This document shows, one piece after another, positions 50,339 to 50,764 of a stretch of 50,764 bases of DNA (position 1 is the first letter of the stretch; every line of letters starts with the position of its first letter). A model generated the notes under the pieces. That model was not told the DNA's origin and searched no databases. It saw only the letters and a list, made by a program, of their open reading frames with translations. The position numbers and the translations under genes are program-made. The stretch spans positions 1 through 50,764 of the forward strand of contig JALJEE010000580.1 in assembly GCA_023231475.1 (NCBI GenBank). Direction: 5' to 3'. This DNA is from Seison nebaliae (Eukaryota).

Positions 50339-50764
50339 CGTAACCATCCCTCCGTTTTATCTTCTGCTTCATGTTCACCCATATTACTCCAGTCTTCGGA
50401 TTCGAAGAAACTGTCACTTGTTTCGTTCAATTCGAATGGACCGTCGAATTTATGTTCAAATCTACCATTCCTCTTACATCACGAGTTAATCTTCATACAA
50501 GAATCCTGGCTCATCTCTCCATATCCGAACTGGCTCTCATCGGATACACATCGTCTTATTTCTCTCGACGCGATGGTCAATATTTCAGGTCTTGGCAGAC
50601 CATCAGGAGGTCTCCTCGTCTTCATTCACGAATCTTTAACCGCAACCGACATCTGTGATTTCGGTAGATGTTCCATTTCTTTCCGCATAGAGAATGTAAT
50701 TTTCTACAACGTCTACCTCCCTACAGGCGACGTAGGAATAATTTCTTCTTTTTTCGAATGCGTA
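50339..50764 (+). mobile_element. LINE ORF2 APE endonuclease, truncated by the window edge; not in the ORF track
   Basis: Frame is open for 142 codons to the edge: KLSLVSFNSNG...LIFIQESWL...GRPSGGLLVFI...FYNVYLP. Confidence 0.9.

Overview
AT-rich, gene-dense animal genomic DNA; no prokaryotic features or CRISPR seen. I rebuilt about 16 host genes by hand: MRPS18A, PEX19, CCT4, TAF5, ZBBX, ERLIN, CIMAP2/LEXM, a class B GPCR, PDHA1, IAH1, TEX9, DDRGK1, an N-acylated globin, EHD, a ZZ-less ZZZ3-like protein and one unknown protein. A ~13.7 kb gene-poor block holds a decayed Mutator/MULE element and LINE relics, and two head-to-head LINEs sit at the right end. The main result is a shifted splice code. 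Of 48 introns modelled (mostly 41-65 nt), 46 start GTT, one GCT and one GTG; none requires the usual GTA, although one PDHA1 intron has an equally valid GTA option. The long introns show GTTAGT, and 11 acceptors are AAG. This suggests altered 5' splice-site recognition. Other leads: a LINE whose ORF1 and endonuclease ORF are in frame across a single TGA-C stop, a class B GPCR missing most of its HETY lock, and a candidate PPxY-creating microexon in EHD. All gene models are manual and lack RNA support, and the species cannot be identified from sequence alone.
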